Assembly (NCBI RefSeq): GCF_036321535.1
Contig: NC_087437.1
Span: forward strand, 78,246,001 to 78,310,000
DNA: 64,000 nt
Direction: 5' to 3'
From: Camelus dromedarius
Lineage: Eukaryota
The notes under the pieces: model-generated
Database searches by the model: none
Seen by the model: only the letters and a program-made list of their open reading frames with translations
What the model was told of the DNA's origin: nothing
Shown here: positions 39,190-52,469 of the stretch, piece by piece
How positions within the stretch are numbered: the stretch's first letter is position 1
Layout of the letters: each line of letters opens with the position of its first letter
Program-made: the position numbers and the translations under genes

Positions 39190-39465
39190 TAGTCACCCCC
39201 ATTGTCCCAGTCAAAGGCCATCCTAGATGAGACAAAATCCAGCCTACCTCCAGACAGGCATAAACATATCAAAGGATTTAGACAAGATTAGCAAAACAAC
39301 TTCCTCAACTTTTGACTGACTGCAGACAGGTGAATGAGTTTAGCCAAGACCAGAAGAATGACTCATCTACACTATATTTTATTAAATGGTCATTGTTTTA
39401 AACCTTTGAATTGGAGGTGGTTTGTTATGAAGCACTACAGAAGCAACTGATAACTTAAACTGATA
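39190..39465 (+). mobile_element. MLT1 LTR 3' fragment
   Basis: agccaagaccagaagaa...ttgttttaaacc...ggtggtttgttatgaagca. Confidence 0.55.
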
Positions 39466-39559
39466 ATACGGTTTTTAATTACAAAAATCGACCAACATGA
39501 CCTTAATTTAATGAGGTAAGTTTAAAAAGCATGATTTGATCAACTAAAATTATAATTAA

Positions 39560-39910
39560 ATTATGATGCAGGCAATGATAGGCACTGTAGTTCTTAAACT
39601 CATGTTACATAATGAAATAATTTCTAAGAGGTATGATTAGAAAAAGGTATAGAATGTTGAGTACAACCATTTGGGTTTTGTAAAAGGTTACTCATATTTG
39701 TAAATATTTATATTCACATGTATATGAATTGTATGTGTATATAAGATTTCTAGAGGTATATTCACAAAAATGTTGCAAGATTGCATCTTGGGAAGGGGTG
39801 GAGGGACCTTGGGGGAGAGGGAGAATTATACTACACTTCATACAAATTATATTTTTAATATTTGAAACTTTTATTATTAGCCAAGCATGTGTTCTTTTTT
39901 CAATTAAAAA
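39560..39910 (+). mobile_element. L1ME-like 3' fragment
   Basis: ttctagaggtatattcacaaaaatgtt...ttgcatcttgggaagggg...caagcatgtgttc. Confidence 0.45.
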
Positions 39911-41149
39911 CAACAGATCTATAACATAAATGGTATTCATAGAATTTAAAATTAATTGTAATTTAATGCATAAGCATACCATAAGTGTAATCTATAAATA
40001 AGTGTAATAAGCTCTTGAACTGTTTCTGTGTAAAGGCAACATATGTGGAACAGCTTGGGTTACAAGTAAAAAGACAGTGAAGTGAGGTACGGGCAGCTCT
40101 AAAGGCTCAGTGCCTGTATTTTTTAAATGAATTTAGTAGACAAGTTGTTATAAACTTTCTTTTGCAGTGGTACACTCTCTATAAATGCAGTTTTATGGAG
40201 AACTCCAAACATCAAAAGAATAAAATCAATTCAAAACATTGGGGTGATGAAGTCTCCCCACTGAATCCACTTGGTCTCTCCTTTGACCACCTCCCACCCC
40301 AGCCCTCTCCTCTGAAGGACATGGGTGGATCGTTGGCCTCTTTTGAAACAGCTGTTATGTCAAATGTGTCTTCTTCACTCTTACGTACCCCTCAGTTCTT
40401 CGTGAAGTTTTCTTAGCAGGTTATTCAGTGTCACATTATTTACAAAGTAACCCATTTTCATATGTTTTTTTTAAAAAATCATCCACTGTGGAAATGAGAT
40501 GTAACTGTGTATAAATTGGTAAAGAAGAATTGTCTTTGAAACATGAAATGAATGGTTACTATGCCAGCTTCATCCTCACCTATACCTCACGGTGCTCTAA
40601 TTCTCAGCCGTAACTCACTCCACAGGATAAAGCATTCACAAGAGTGAGTTAATCGTCTATTCCAAGTCCCAATTAATGCTCCAGGAGCACTGAGGAAAAA
40701 GAATCTGCTGGCAGCAAGTTTTGGCCAACTCCAAGACCCTCATTTAGAAACTTTCACTTTTTCCCCCTCATTAATATACAGCTTCTTTTAGAATACGTCA
40801 CTTAACAGGCAGTCATAATTACAGTTTTTATATTGAAACTGATTATATAGGTAATGAATCTGCTGTAAAACAATTTAACTGCACAGAGGTACGCACAGGA
40901 AAACGTACAAGATTCCTGATTTTTCACGTAGCTTCCAAAATCTGATTCAACCACCCAGATGTAGCCACAATTAACGTGCAAGATATTTTCTTTGTGTACA
41001 CAAATACACACATTTAATCCGTCAGGATCATTGTGTGTGTACGTGTAGGTACACATATGTCTATATACCTATATCTATATGTTATATAAACATATGTTTG
41101 TTTCTGGAACCTACATTTTTCACTTATGATATAATGTGGGCATGCTGAA

Positions 41150-42985
41150 TAATGAAATACGCACCTGAGGAGTAAATGCTTTTTCTGTTTCTATTGAAAT
41201 TAATGTATGGTTTTGCTCCCTTATCTGTCGAAATGGGGAAATACATTCACTGGTTTTAGAATTTTGGACCAGCTCTACATTTCCAGAGATTAACCCCATC
41301 TGATCATGATATACTTACCTTTATCTGTGTTTTGCTGGATTTGATTTGCTAATATTTTATTGAGGATTTTGACATATTCATTCCATAGGGCTTTGGGACT
41401 GTAGTTTACTTTTCTTACAGTCTTCTTATTTTTTGATTTTGATATCACAGCATTTTGCATCACTGGGGGAGTGGGGATGCGTTCTCTTTTTAATTTTGTC
41501 AAAGAGTTTCTATAAAATTGGTATTATTTCTTCTTTAAATATTTGTTAGACTTTGCCAGAGAAGTCATATAGGCCTGGAGTTTTGCTGCTGCTATTGTAA
41601 GGTTTTTAACTTTTAATTTGGTATCTTTAAATATATAGAACTATTGATATTACACACACACATTCATTTCATCTATTTCATATAACTTTTTGGTAACAAT
41701 CTTTTATTAAATTTTGTAGCATTCTTTTGTTCAAACTAAACGTCTATAGACATATAGTTACATCCTCTCTTTCATGACTGATGTTAGTAATTTATGTCTG
41801 CTCTCTTTTTTCTTGGTTACCCTGACTGGAGTTTTATCAATTTTCCCATGCTTTTTCTCTATCTTTGGTTTCCAGGTGTTTGCATAGGAGCTTTTTAGGG
41901 GCATTTTTTGGGCAGAGTATTTATTTTCCTCAAATTCTCTGAAAGTTTTAGATCTGTGATTTGATATTTTTCATTACTTTTAGAAATTGTGTTTTTTCAC
42001 TTTAAATATTTCTTTTGCCCCATTATCTCTTCTTACAGGATCCCAAATACATGTATGTGAGCTTGTGTGAATATTCTGTTCCTTATTTTAACTCATTTTT
42101 CCCTTGTGTTTCAGTTTGGGTAATTTCTGTTAACCTAATTTCACTGACTATTTCCTAGACTGTGTTGACTCTAATGATGGACTCATTTAAAGGTCTCTCT
42201 CTCTTGCATTTCCACTTGATTATTTTTTATAGTTTCCATCTTTCTGCTAAATCCTTCATTTGTTCAACTTCTCCACTTCTCCAGGATTATTAACTTAGAT
42301 ATTTTAAATCATAGATATTTTAAAATCCCTGATGGATAGTTCCAATAGTTGGGTTGTATCTAAGTGCCTACAGTTCCCAGGGGTTCTATACTTTCAGTGC
42401 TAGCTGACACTAAACCTTTAGAAGTTTATTAATAAAACTCATCTGCAAAGCAGAAACAAACTTGCAGACATAGTAAACAATATTATGGTTACCAGGGGAA
42501 AGAGGATGGGAAGAGATAAATTTGGGAGTTCGAGATTTGCAAATACTAACCACTGTATATAAAATTAGATAAAAAACAAATTTCTTCTGTGTAGCACAGG
42601 GAACTATATTCAATATCTTGTAATAACCTTTAATGAAAAAAATATGAAACAAATATATGTATGTGTATGCATGACTGGGACATTATGCTGTACACCAGAA
42701 ATTGACACATTGTAACTGACTATATGTCAATTAATTTTTTTTTTCTTACTGTTTCGGCAGTCCTGTATTTTATATTGTCTCTTGGTCTGCCCCAGATAAC
42801 CTAGTGCATGGGACCACATCTGTCCTTGACAGTTTCTACTTCTCTTTAGATTTCAGGCTAGTTGATTGCCCTGTGAACTCAGCTCTCTGATAGGTTCAGG
42901 AAAAGATATGGATTTGTAAATCACCAAGCTCTTTTCTCGTTGCTGAGATGGGAGCAGAACCATTTCCTATTTTCTACATCCTTTA
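41150..42985 (-). mobile_element. Old L1 internal and 5' fragments, interrupted at ~42420-42735
   Basis: gctggatttgatttgctaatattttattgaggatttt (minus strand VKILNKILANQIQQ, L1 RT N-terminal motif) plus further L1-like pieces. Confidence 0.7.
42425..42735 (+). mobile_element. L1 3' UTR fragment
   Basis: Reverse complement of the 3' UTR at 47410-47710 (atggttaccaggggaaag...cacagggaactatattcaatatcttg). Confidence 0.9.
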
Positions 42986-43291
42986 AAAAAAAAAAAACTG
43001 GAACTCTTAGTTACTGATTTTTAATTATCAACTATTTTGCCTTTGTTCCTTGACTTAACAACTTTAAGCAGTAACTAGAAATATTGAGTAAATGAATCTA
43101 TTTACATTATATTTTACCCCTTCTAACTGGAATAAATCTCTCTAGTTATTCTGATGATTGTCATTACCTTAAACAACCTTTAAGTTTCTATTTCTTAATT
43201 TATAAATTGTAGACAAATTCTACTTCTCAGTATGAATGTTGGAAATTGAGAGCACTTTTACTCTCCCATGAATTATAGGTTTATAATATTC

Positions 43292-44045
43292 TTTTTTTAG
43301 ATTGAGGTATAATTGACATATAACATTGTGGTGGTTTTAGATGTACAGCATACTGATTTTTTAATGTGTAAATATTGCAAAATGATCACCATAATAATTT
43401 TAGTTAACATCCATACCCACACATAGTTATATTTTTTTCTTGTGATGAGAACTTTATGATCTACTGCTAGTAATTTTCAAATATACAACAGAGTATTGTT
43501 TATTCACCATGCTTCACATTACATCCACAGGACTTTTTTTATCTTATAACTGGAAGTTTGTACCTTATGATCACTTCACCCATTTTGCCCACCCTTTACT
43601 CTCCACCTCTGGCAACCATCAGTCTGTGTTCTGTATCTGAGTCCCTCTTTTTTTTTTAGGTTCCGCATATAAATGAGGTCATATAGTATTTGCTTTTCTC
43701 TGTCTGACTTTCTTCACTTAGCATAATGCCCTCAAAGTCCACCCATGTTACAGCAAATGGCAGGATTTCCTTCTTTTTATGGCTGAATAATATTCCCTTG
43801 TATATACATAGCACACTTCTTTATCTATTCATCCATTGATGGACCCTTATTTTTTTCATGTCTTGGCTATTGGAAATAATGCTGCAATGAACATGGGGAG
43901 GGAGTGCAATATCTTTTTGAGAGTGACTTTTTCTCCTTCAAAAAAATACCCAGAAGTAGAATTGCTGGATCATATGGTAGTTCTACTTGTAAACTTTTGA
44001 AGAATCTCCTTACTATTTTCCATAATGGCTGCACCAATTTCCATG
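43292..44045 (-). mobile_element. Older L1 3' end (L1MA-like)
   Basis: attgaggtataattgacatataac...attgctggatcatatggtagttcta...ggctgcaccaattt. Confidence 0.88.
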
Positions 44046-46414
44046 TACATCATTGTAATGTTCTAATTTTTGGTTTTCGTGAGTAGTTATTTTTATATTT
44101 AAAAAAACTTAGCATGCATTGAATCTACAGAATTATGAAAGGTGAAAAATACTAGATTTATTCTTTATTTCTGCTTGCTCCTCCAAAATATTGATAGTTT
44201 ATTTTAAATTTGCAAGCATTTCAATAGTTACACTCAATTTGTCCATATTTTTTTAAAGATAGTTCCTAAATATGTAACCCAGCGCATTGATCTTATGATA
44301 CTAATTTGTTAATACCACTGAACCAAGAAATAATACTATACCCAATCTGTGCACACCTGATTTTGTGCACAACAATAAAGATGAGCATAGAGGCCAGTTG
44401 CTTTTCAGACCACCGAGTGGAAGTTTCACCTGAGTGTCTATTTTCACACATCCATGTCAGTCTGAATTGCAATTAAGGGGGAAAACTACCCATCTGTATA
44501 TGAAACACTAAGCATTTGAAGAGTACTCAAGAAGTTGAAATGTACAACGCTTATGCCTTTTCCCTGCATAGCCAGCTAGTGCTGAAAATAGCTATTGATT
44601 GATGCAGCTCTTCTGCTCGTATTTTTTGGAAATATGTATAAATCAGACCATTCTAGTAGGAATGACACTGCATATACAACATTAGTTTCCTGTGTCACAA
44701 AGTATCTGATATTTGTACACTATTTTTATTTTGCTTTGGGTTGTAAGTTACTTTAATTCAGTTTTGTGATTTATATGAATCTAGCTTTAGTTCTTACAGC
44801 TATCTGAACATAATAAAGGCACACAATTCCCCAGACAGTGCCTCTACATTCACTCATTGTAGACTTGATTGGAAATCTTTTAGAAGAGATTCAATCCAAA
44901 GTGTTAAAATTCTTAAGACATAAATGGTATATTCTATACCTAAAATTCAAAGTCCAAAAGAAATTGCAATATCTAAACTGACACTGAAAATTGAGCGGCC
45001 TTGGTGAAACAGGGATTGCTACCAGCTTCATAACTAGTGAGTGGATACACATTCTGGGGGTTTAGTTCACCATCCCAAAATGATGATCCAGGAAGTCATC
45101 CTCACACATTGACATACCACTGAAGGTAGTGTGCAAGGATATAAGATACACTTGAACGGATGGTCTTGAGAATCCGATGTCCCTTTAGGTTTGCGTTGCT
45201 GCTGTGAAGAGTATTTTCTAAAATTCTAACAATGAATATAGATTGCTTTCGGAATTATGTTAAATAAGTGAATAGAAAAGTACATAAATTAGTTACATTT
45301 ATAATATTGAATCTGATTTTAAATATTTTCTCCATAGGTCACTTTTAGTCCTGCTGTCCTTTTTTTTCCTTCTATTTTGAACCATCTCCCAATTCATATG
45401 TCTTATAAAGGTACACCAAAATTGCCTCTTCTAAGAAATGTTAACTTTGATTTGAGGTAAGATATAGATTGGGAAAGCAAATTAATTATAATAATTTTGA
45501 CCATGCCCTTTCTCATAGGTTCACATAAGGGGATCAATTACATTAAAGAAACAATTGTAAAATACCATATTCCCTCCGCTTATGCTTGTGTTTTCCTTTA
45601 TTAACCGTTGTGAAGAATTCCATTAGTTCCTTCTTTCATAGTATTTTCTTTCCATATGATTTTTCCTTGTACTGACATTGTATTTTTTTTTTTTCTTTCC
45701 TCAGAGAACTATTTTTGTGCCTTTCTGGTTATGCGGCTTGGGTTACACAATCCCACTTCAAGAACTGCTTGACCCCTCACTGTATGAGTTGGTGTGGTTT
45801 TTTCTGGCTCTTCTTTTGTACCTTCGGCTCTCCAAAGCGGCTATTTTCTGTTACTTGATTTATGAGTTACGTTTCTCAGCCTGTATCAGAAACTCGGCTT
45901 CAATCTCTAGTTGACTTCCACTGCTTTTTCTTTCGGCTCTTCCCCCTTTGCTTATATTAATGTCTTCCTTTTCCATTCCCTTTTTTCCCCTCATAGTGAG
46001 ACTTCACACAAAGACATGTGCTCGAAAATAAACACGCTTGGTCTCACTTGCTCTGTGAGAGCTGTCTTCCTCCTGCTGTTTCTCGCTGTACCTCTTGTTT
46101 ATTTCCAGCTACTTTACATTGTGCCTCTCATCTCTCCTCATAACAGCAGAAAATCCATTTTCTTTATTTTTTACTTGTACTCTTAAGACCTCTCTTGTTT
46201 CCTTTGTCTTTTAGAGCCTCCAAAGATTCCCCTGCAGGTGATACGAACTGAGAAATTAATTTTGTTTTTATTTACCCCTTGAGGCAACGGAACAGGTCAC
46301 ACTTTGCTCAGCTTTATTAAGGAATGTTCTGGGGAAGCTTGAATAGCTATATTCTTTTCATCACAAAGGTTATACCCATTTTCAATTTTGAAAGAAGAAC
46401 TGAGAGTTAGCTTA

Positions 46415-46566
46415 AATAAGTGTTAAGAACACTGACTTTAGGCCCAGACCTCATTTGGACTCCTAATTCTACCACTCAGAAATTTTGGTTCCTAGGGAAA
46501 TTTATCTTTTCTCAGCCTGCATTTTTTTTTTTCATTTATAACAATATTAGTACATATGATAACTTG

Positions 46567-46633
<67 letters not shown>

Positions 46634-46710
46634 AATTAAAAGGTATTTATCAACTTTCCTGAATGCTTGGTACATTAACAATAACTAAATGTTCTAATTA
46701 GTAATTATTA
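46415..46710 (+). mobile_element. MIR interrupted by a (TG)n tract
   Basis: gtgttaagaacactgactttagg...ctcagcctgcattt...gcttggtacatta. Confidence 0.5.
46569..46633. repeat. (TG)n microsatellite
   Basis: ~32 units with one interruption. Confidence 0.97.
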
Positions 46711-47399
46711 CTTTTGATACGTAATTGCTCTTGTATCATAGACTCTTCCAGGCTAAGCATCACATTAAGATGATGTCCTAGGCCTCATATTGAGAATTAT
46801 TTGGGAAAATTTTGTAAGTGTTAGTTAGTCTCTTTCCTCATTCTGTGCAAAGTTACCCATAAAGTAGATACTTACCTTTCCCTTGCCATAGCTCTATTTT
46901 ATAATTCTCTTACCTAGACCAAGTCTGCAAACTGTGTGATAATTTAACCATATCTATTCATTTATCCCAGTTTAACTAGTTCACAATCTCTCCTGTGTCC
47001 ACTGTGTTATTTTTAAAAAGAAACCACAATTTCTGATTTTGACCTATTAAGTTGAATCTTATCAAAACTGAGCTGGTTCTTTTCTCACTGATAAATTTTT
47101 TTATTTGACTTTTGTTGTTTTTTAATTTAAATCTTTCATTAAGCCCCTATGCAATTGAATTATTTGAATAGCAACTTCAGATTTATTTAAACTGAATATT
47201 TATGACCCAAGACATTGTTTCTTTCTGAGAGGATGTGCTAATATTTATAAAAACAACCCTGGTAACTTCTTTTACAAGAGTCTTTGGGCACCTTTTCTCC
47301 CCTCAACAGGGGTTGATACTGTTCACTTTATTCTGTTCCTATTTGCAGACCTCTGCCCCTATGGCTTTTTTTTTTTTTTTTTTGCTATCTTTTTAAAAA

Positions 47400-48257
47400 A
47401 ATTTTTTTTAATTGAAATGTAGTCAGTTACAATGTGTCAGTTTCTGGTGTACAGCACAATGTTTCAGCCATGCATATACATAACATATATTCTTTTACAT
47501 ATTCTTTTTCATTAAAAGTTATTACAAGATATTGAATATAGTTCCCTGTGCTATACAGAAGAAATTTGTTTTTTAATCTATTTTTTATATAGTGGCTAAT
47601 ATTTGCAAATCTCAAACTCCCGAATTTATTCCTTCCAACACCTTTTCCCCTGGTTACCATAAGAGTGTTTACTGTGTCTGCTAATCTGTTTCTGTTTTGT
47701 AGATGAATTCATTAGTGTTCTCTTTTTTCTTTTTTTAGATTTCACATATAAGTGATATCATACAGTAGTTTTCCTTCTCTTTCTGGCTTATTTCACTTAA
47801 AATGATGATCTCTAGGTCCATCCATGTTACTGCTAATGGCGTTATTTTATTCTTTTTTATGGCTGAGTAGTATTCCATTGTATAAATGTACCACAACTTC
47901 TTTATCCAGTCATCTGTGGATGGACATTTAGGTTGTTTCCATGTCTTGGCTATTGTAAATAATGCTGCTATGAACATTGGGATGCATATATCTTTTTGAG
48001 TTAAGGTTTGCTCTGGATATATGCCCAGAAGTGGGATTGCTGGATCATATGATAAGTCTATTTTTAGTCTTTTGAGGAATCTCCAGACTGTTTTCCATAA
48101 CAGCTGCACCAAACTACATTCCCACCTGGAGTATAGGAGGGTTCCCTTTTCAACACACCCTCTCCAGCATTTATTGTTTGTGGCCTTTTGAATGATGGCC
48201 ATTCTGACTAGTGTGAGGTGACACTTCATGATAATTTTGATTTATATTTCTCTGATA
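47400..48257 (-). mobile_element. 5'-truncated L1 with an open ORF2 C-terminal remnant (47735-48229)
   Basis: [20 protein letters not shown]...WYIYTMEYY followed by L1 3' UTR and T-tract. Confidence 0.95.
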
Positions 48258-51159
48258 ACCAGGCAGAAACAACCTTTGCTTCGCAGTTCCCTGTGGCCTT
48301 TTAAGAGAAACCTGGCAAAAGGAGCATCTTTTTCTTTTCTTTTTCTTTCTTCTTACTCTGTAATTTTTTTTTCCTCTACTTCCCATTTTTTTCCCATTCT
48401 CCATTATTTTGACTTTTTTCCTTTTTCAATTATAGATAAAGAGTGATCTTTTCCCTACCCTTTATTCAGATGAGCAGGGAAATTTTGGACTCCACCTATC
48501 TTGTATACCATTGCTCTCCTCCTGATGTTCTTCTGGAAGCTTTCTTTCTATCAGGTTTTATCATGACTTACGCCTCCATCATGATTTAACTGTGATGCCT
48601 TGCACTGCTGTCCCCCACTTCCCTCCTCATCACCACTTGTCCTTCTTGGCTTTTCTCAGGATCTGCCCCCTCTGACAGAGGATGCTGCTTAGGATGCAGT
48701 TTTTTTTTTTTTTTTAAGATACTTTGTGTGAAAGGTTATCCCACTCCCCAAAGTGACATTCATGAAAGCTCTCTTACAGAGATTTTATAACTTGATTTTA
48801 ACTTTTATATAGTTATACTTTCCAGCCTTGTGCTTTAATTAACTTTAAAAAAATAGAGAGCATATTCCACCTGACCTGGACATTTCAGATCATTGTTTAC
48901 TACTTTTCTTTAAGGTAAAGTAAAACATTGAGATCCTTTTCTGGTATGAGCAGGTTTAATGCTTCTAGAACTTGGATTATGCTTCCACCAAGGGTAGTTC
49001 AAAGACACAGTAATAATTCAAATAGTTTATTTTTATTTATATATATTATGCTATGTTTAATATTAAGAACAGAATAGCTGGCTTCTTGTCTTGACTCGAG
49101 TGTAAGAATATTTTAAAAAAGGATAGTCTTAGATTTTCATGACTTAAAAATCTTATTTAAAAACACCTTTATAAGACTTACAGGTTTAAGCAACACCAGC
49201 AAAGCTTTTCAACTCAGTAGCCCAGGTTTCCTAGAACACTTGTGCCTATCAGTTTCACGCAGAGCCAGCATTGTACTGGAGACACTCTCCATAGTCTTTC
49301 TTCTCTTTGATTTAAAGGCTGATCATATTCTTTGGTAAGGTTTTCTCAAAACACTGTGCACAGAGTCCCTAAGGATGTGGCTTATAACAGAGTTTTCTGG
49401 TTTGACGTCCCCTCCACACACACAGGGCTGATAGTTGAGAATCCATTCACAGGACAGCATGGGAAAGCACAAGCCTTTCAAAAAGTCACAAAGTACTTTT
49501 GCAATGTGGCAAATTGCAATCCACAGGAGAGGATGGCAGCCAAAGGAGAATCTCTCCTTTGCAAGATTTAGGAGGGAAGCCAAGGGCTTTAAGATGCAGA
49601 ATCATTTTTTTTTTTCCTTCCTTCACAGTAAAGAAACTATAATGAGTGTTTCCACAGTCATTGCTGAGACATGGTTGAAAGAACCAGATTGGCAGATTTA
49701 AAGGGTAGTTTACCTCCAAAAATCCTGGTAAGATATTTTCCCTGGGTTTTTCACCTCACTGCTTTTACTAAGTGCCAGATGTGGAGTCTCTATGGTAACA
49801 ACCAGATGATACAGTCTGGCTGTGAGAGAAAGGGTGTGCATTTCTCTGCATGCAAGTGAGCATTAAACAGTTTAACGATAAGCTCCTGGAAGACCCCAAG
49901 CAAATAAGGCGAAGCCAAGCAAGTGCTTTAGTGGAACAAAGTTGGGGTTTCCTGATTACTGAAGGAGGAAGCAACTATAAAAGGAAGAGAGGATGAAAAA
50001 GATAGATGACTGTTGCAAGTAACATTTAGCATCTAAGATGATATGTTCCCAATAAATTTTTGATGATATTGAAGAATGAAGGAGATGAATAAAACCATTC
50101 CCACCACAGCTAAAGAAGGCAGTTTGCAGCAAACACTTCGGGGAATGCATCCCACTGAAAAGAGCTTCTGAAAAGACATTAACTGATTTTCTTTCCCTAC
50201 GTTTCCTATTTCACAAGTATAAGAAATAGGAATTGTAATAGAGCTAGAAGAAGAGAAATGATTGATGAAATCTGTTTAATCAACTGTTTCTCCTGCTTTA
50301 AAGACTGATCATTAAGCAGTTTCAGACAGAAAGAAAGATAATTTTCTTTAATTAATATTTTGGCTCTGAATAAAGAAAGTGAGCAGTCTGCTATTGTCTA
50401 GCATGAATCGATGTATATAAAAGCAGATAAAACACAATCATGACAATAAAAGGAGAATAAACATCTTGGTAGGGTAAGAATTGAGATTTTTCTCAGTCAT
50501 GACTAATGGTTTTCACTGAAGCCCAAGGAAGAGTGATTTGTAGTTAATAAGAATTACACTATAGTGATGTGTATATTTTTTATATTTTTTTACATATTTA
50601 GGCTTATCTTCAATGGTTATAAAACACTGCTCATTTCTGAGTGTGTTTAATTATTTAGAACTAAACTTAAAATTATTTTTATAAAATTGTGATTTGAAAG
50701 TGAGTAATGATTACACAATAAGATGAGAGTTACCTGAACAAAAAGAATCTAACTGACAATTTTATTCAACATATTTTGGGGGAAGATAATCTCAATTCCA
50801 CTTCTTGGTGTCTGAAAAAATCTAATTTCCATTTTGACAGGCCAACCAACATGCATTATATTTCCAGAAATTTTGTGTTCGAGAGTTGGGCTAATTTATT
50901 ACTGGATTATATTTACATTTGAGGAAAAATATACCACTAACCACAATTGCATGGGGTCCAGTTTGTAACCTGGACAATCTTGTGCCTTCCTGTTACTTTT
51001 TTTTTCTGCAAATCAACATTGAGTTATTTTCTGTTAAATATTTTTCAAATGTTTCTGTTTTAGATTTTGTTAGCCAGTAGTTGGGATCATAGCACATTTT
51101 TAAAGTCTTTTCCTGTCAATAAAGCATCTCCAACAATTCTTTAATTTTTATTCCTTTCC

Positions 51160-51410
51160 AGCTGTGCCTACAGACAGACTGTACTTGCAATAGTGCTTTG
51201 TGTAGAGGTGGGGCTCCATTAAATAGTTCTGGCCTTTAGTATGTGAGCAGAAGTCATGTGTGTCATTTCCAAGCCTGGTCCCCAGAACCTCTGGCACAAT
51301 CCTCCACGGCCCTTCATTTCCCTTGTCTGCCAGCTGGAGGTAGAGATCTAGTCGAGAGCACCAAGTCTCTATATCTGTGGTCGGCATTTTGTTTTTTTGA
51401 AGAGGCTGGA
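51160..51410 (+). mobile_element. MLT1 LTR fragment
   Basis: tagttctggcc...atgtgagcagaagtcatgtgtgtcatttcca. Confidence 0.6.
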
Positions 51411-51793
51411 CAGTCAATTATTTCCATGTCATATTATTTTTTGTAGTTGTTAAAAATACAGAAACCACTCTTTGCCCACATGCCATATGGACACAGGTTT
51501 GAGTCCAATACTGTTCCACAGGTCCTAGCCTCCTGACTCCTTCTCAGGAAGATGGTGGAGGAACTACATGACTCTATGGAGAAGCACCCTTCTCATTTCT
51601 TTCTTCAGCCCACAGGGGGCTAGGATGCAAGCATTAAGCTTCTGAGATTTGAACGTTGTTTGTTGTATCTGTTTCTCTGGCCTAATATATTCTCTTTGAT
51701 CTAGTGCTTAATCCTGCTATGTTCTAACTGAAAACTGAGCTGTGGTATTTTTCCCAGTTACCTTTTGAATTTGCTGTTCAATAGACTTCAGAT

Positions 51794-51846
51794 TTTTTTT
51801 TAACATTTTTATTGACTTATAGTCATTTTACAATGTCGTGTCAAAT
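51794..51846 (-). mobile_element. Ultra-short L1 3' tip with TSD
   Basis: Matches the terminus of the L1 at 25555. TSD aatag(a/c)cttcagat at 51780-51793 and 51847-51860. Confidence 0.85.
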
Positions 51847-51876
51847 AATAGCCTTCAGATATTTATCATGCACTTT

Positions 51877-51921
51877 TTTTTACATTTTTTTATTGAGTTG
51901 TAGTCATTTTACAATGTTGTG
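51877..51921 (-). mobile_element. Second ultra-short L1 3' tip with perfect TSD
   Basis: TSD tatcatgcacttt at 51864-51876 and 51922-51934. Confidence 0.85.
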
Positions 51922-52469
51922 TATCATGCACTTTGAATCCCATTTCCTATTGTAGTTGATCACTCTGTTTACATTTAACACTTTTAATCTTACCTTGTAT
52001 CCATCCAGATTCTTAATCATTGAATACTTCCTGGTTATCCTCCTATTTGACAGCATCTTTCCAGGACTCGGGAACCGGAACTGTCCATAGCAGTAGAGAG
52101 CTGGTAGAAGGTTGTTATCAAGTAACGTGATCCTGCCATTTGTGATCACCAAGCACTTCAGTGCTTCCCCTAAGTAGCTGTATCACTCTAACCTGCAAAA
52201 CGTTTGTTGGTTTCCTTTTTCAAAATGAACAACGAAGCTCTGCCAACCCAGGACCTTGCACTGAGTAAGCTAAAAGTAAACAGGCGGCTGTCATGTTAGA
52301 GGCTGGCCTCTTCAGGTACTTTAGAGAATTCAGGTGTTTGGATTAGTAAGATAGACAAGACTTTCAGTGTATTTCATGAGTGATGGCATATGACTCACAG
52401 ATATAAAAAAAACTGCACTCTAAACAATACAAAAAATTTAAGATCGATAAAGAAGTTTGGCATGAAAAT

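Noticed and set aside
49323..50150. Dense set of short overlapping ORFs
   Set aside because: Open on both strands in several frames with no protein-like signature. At most non-coding unique sequence.
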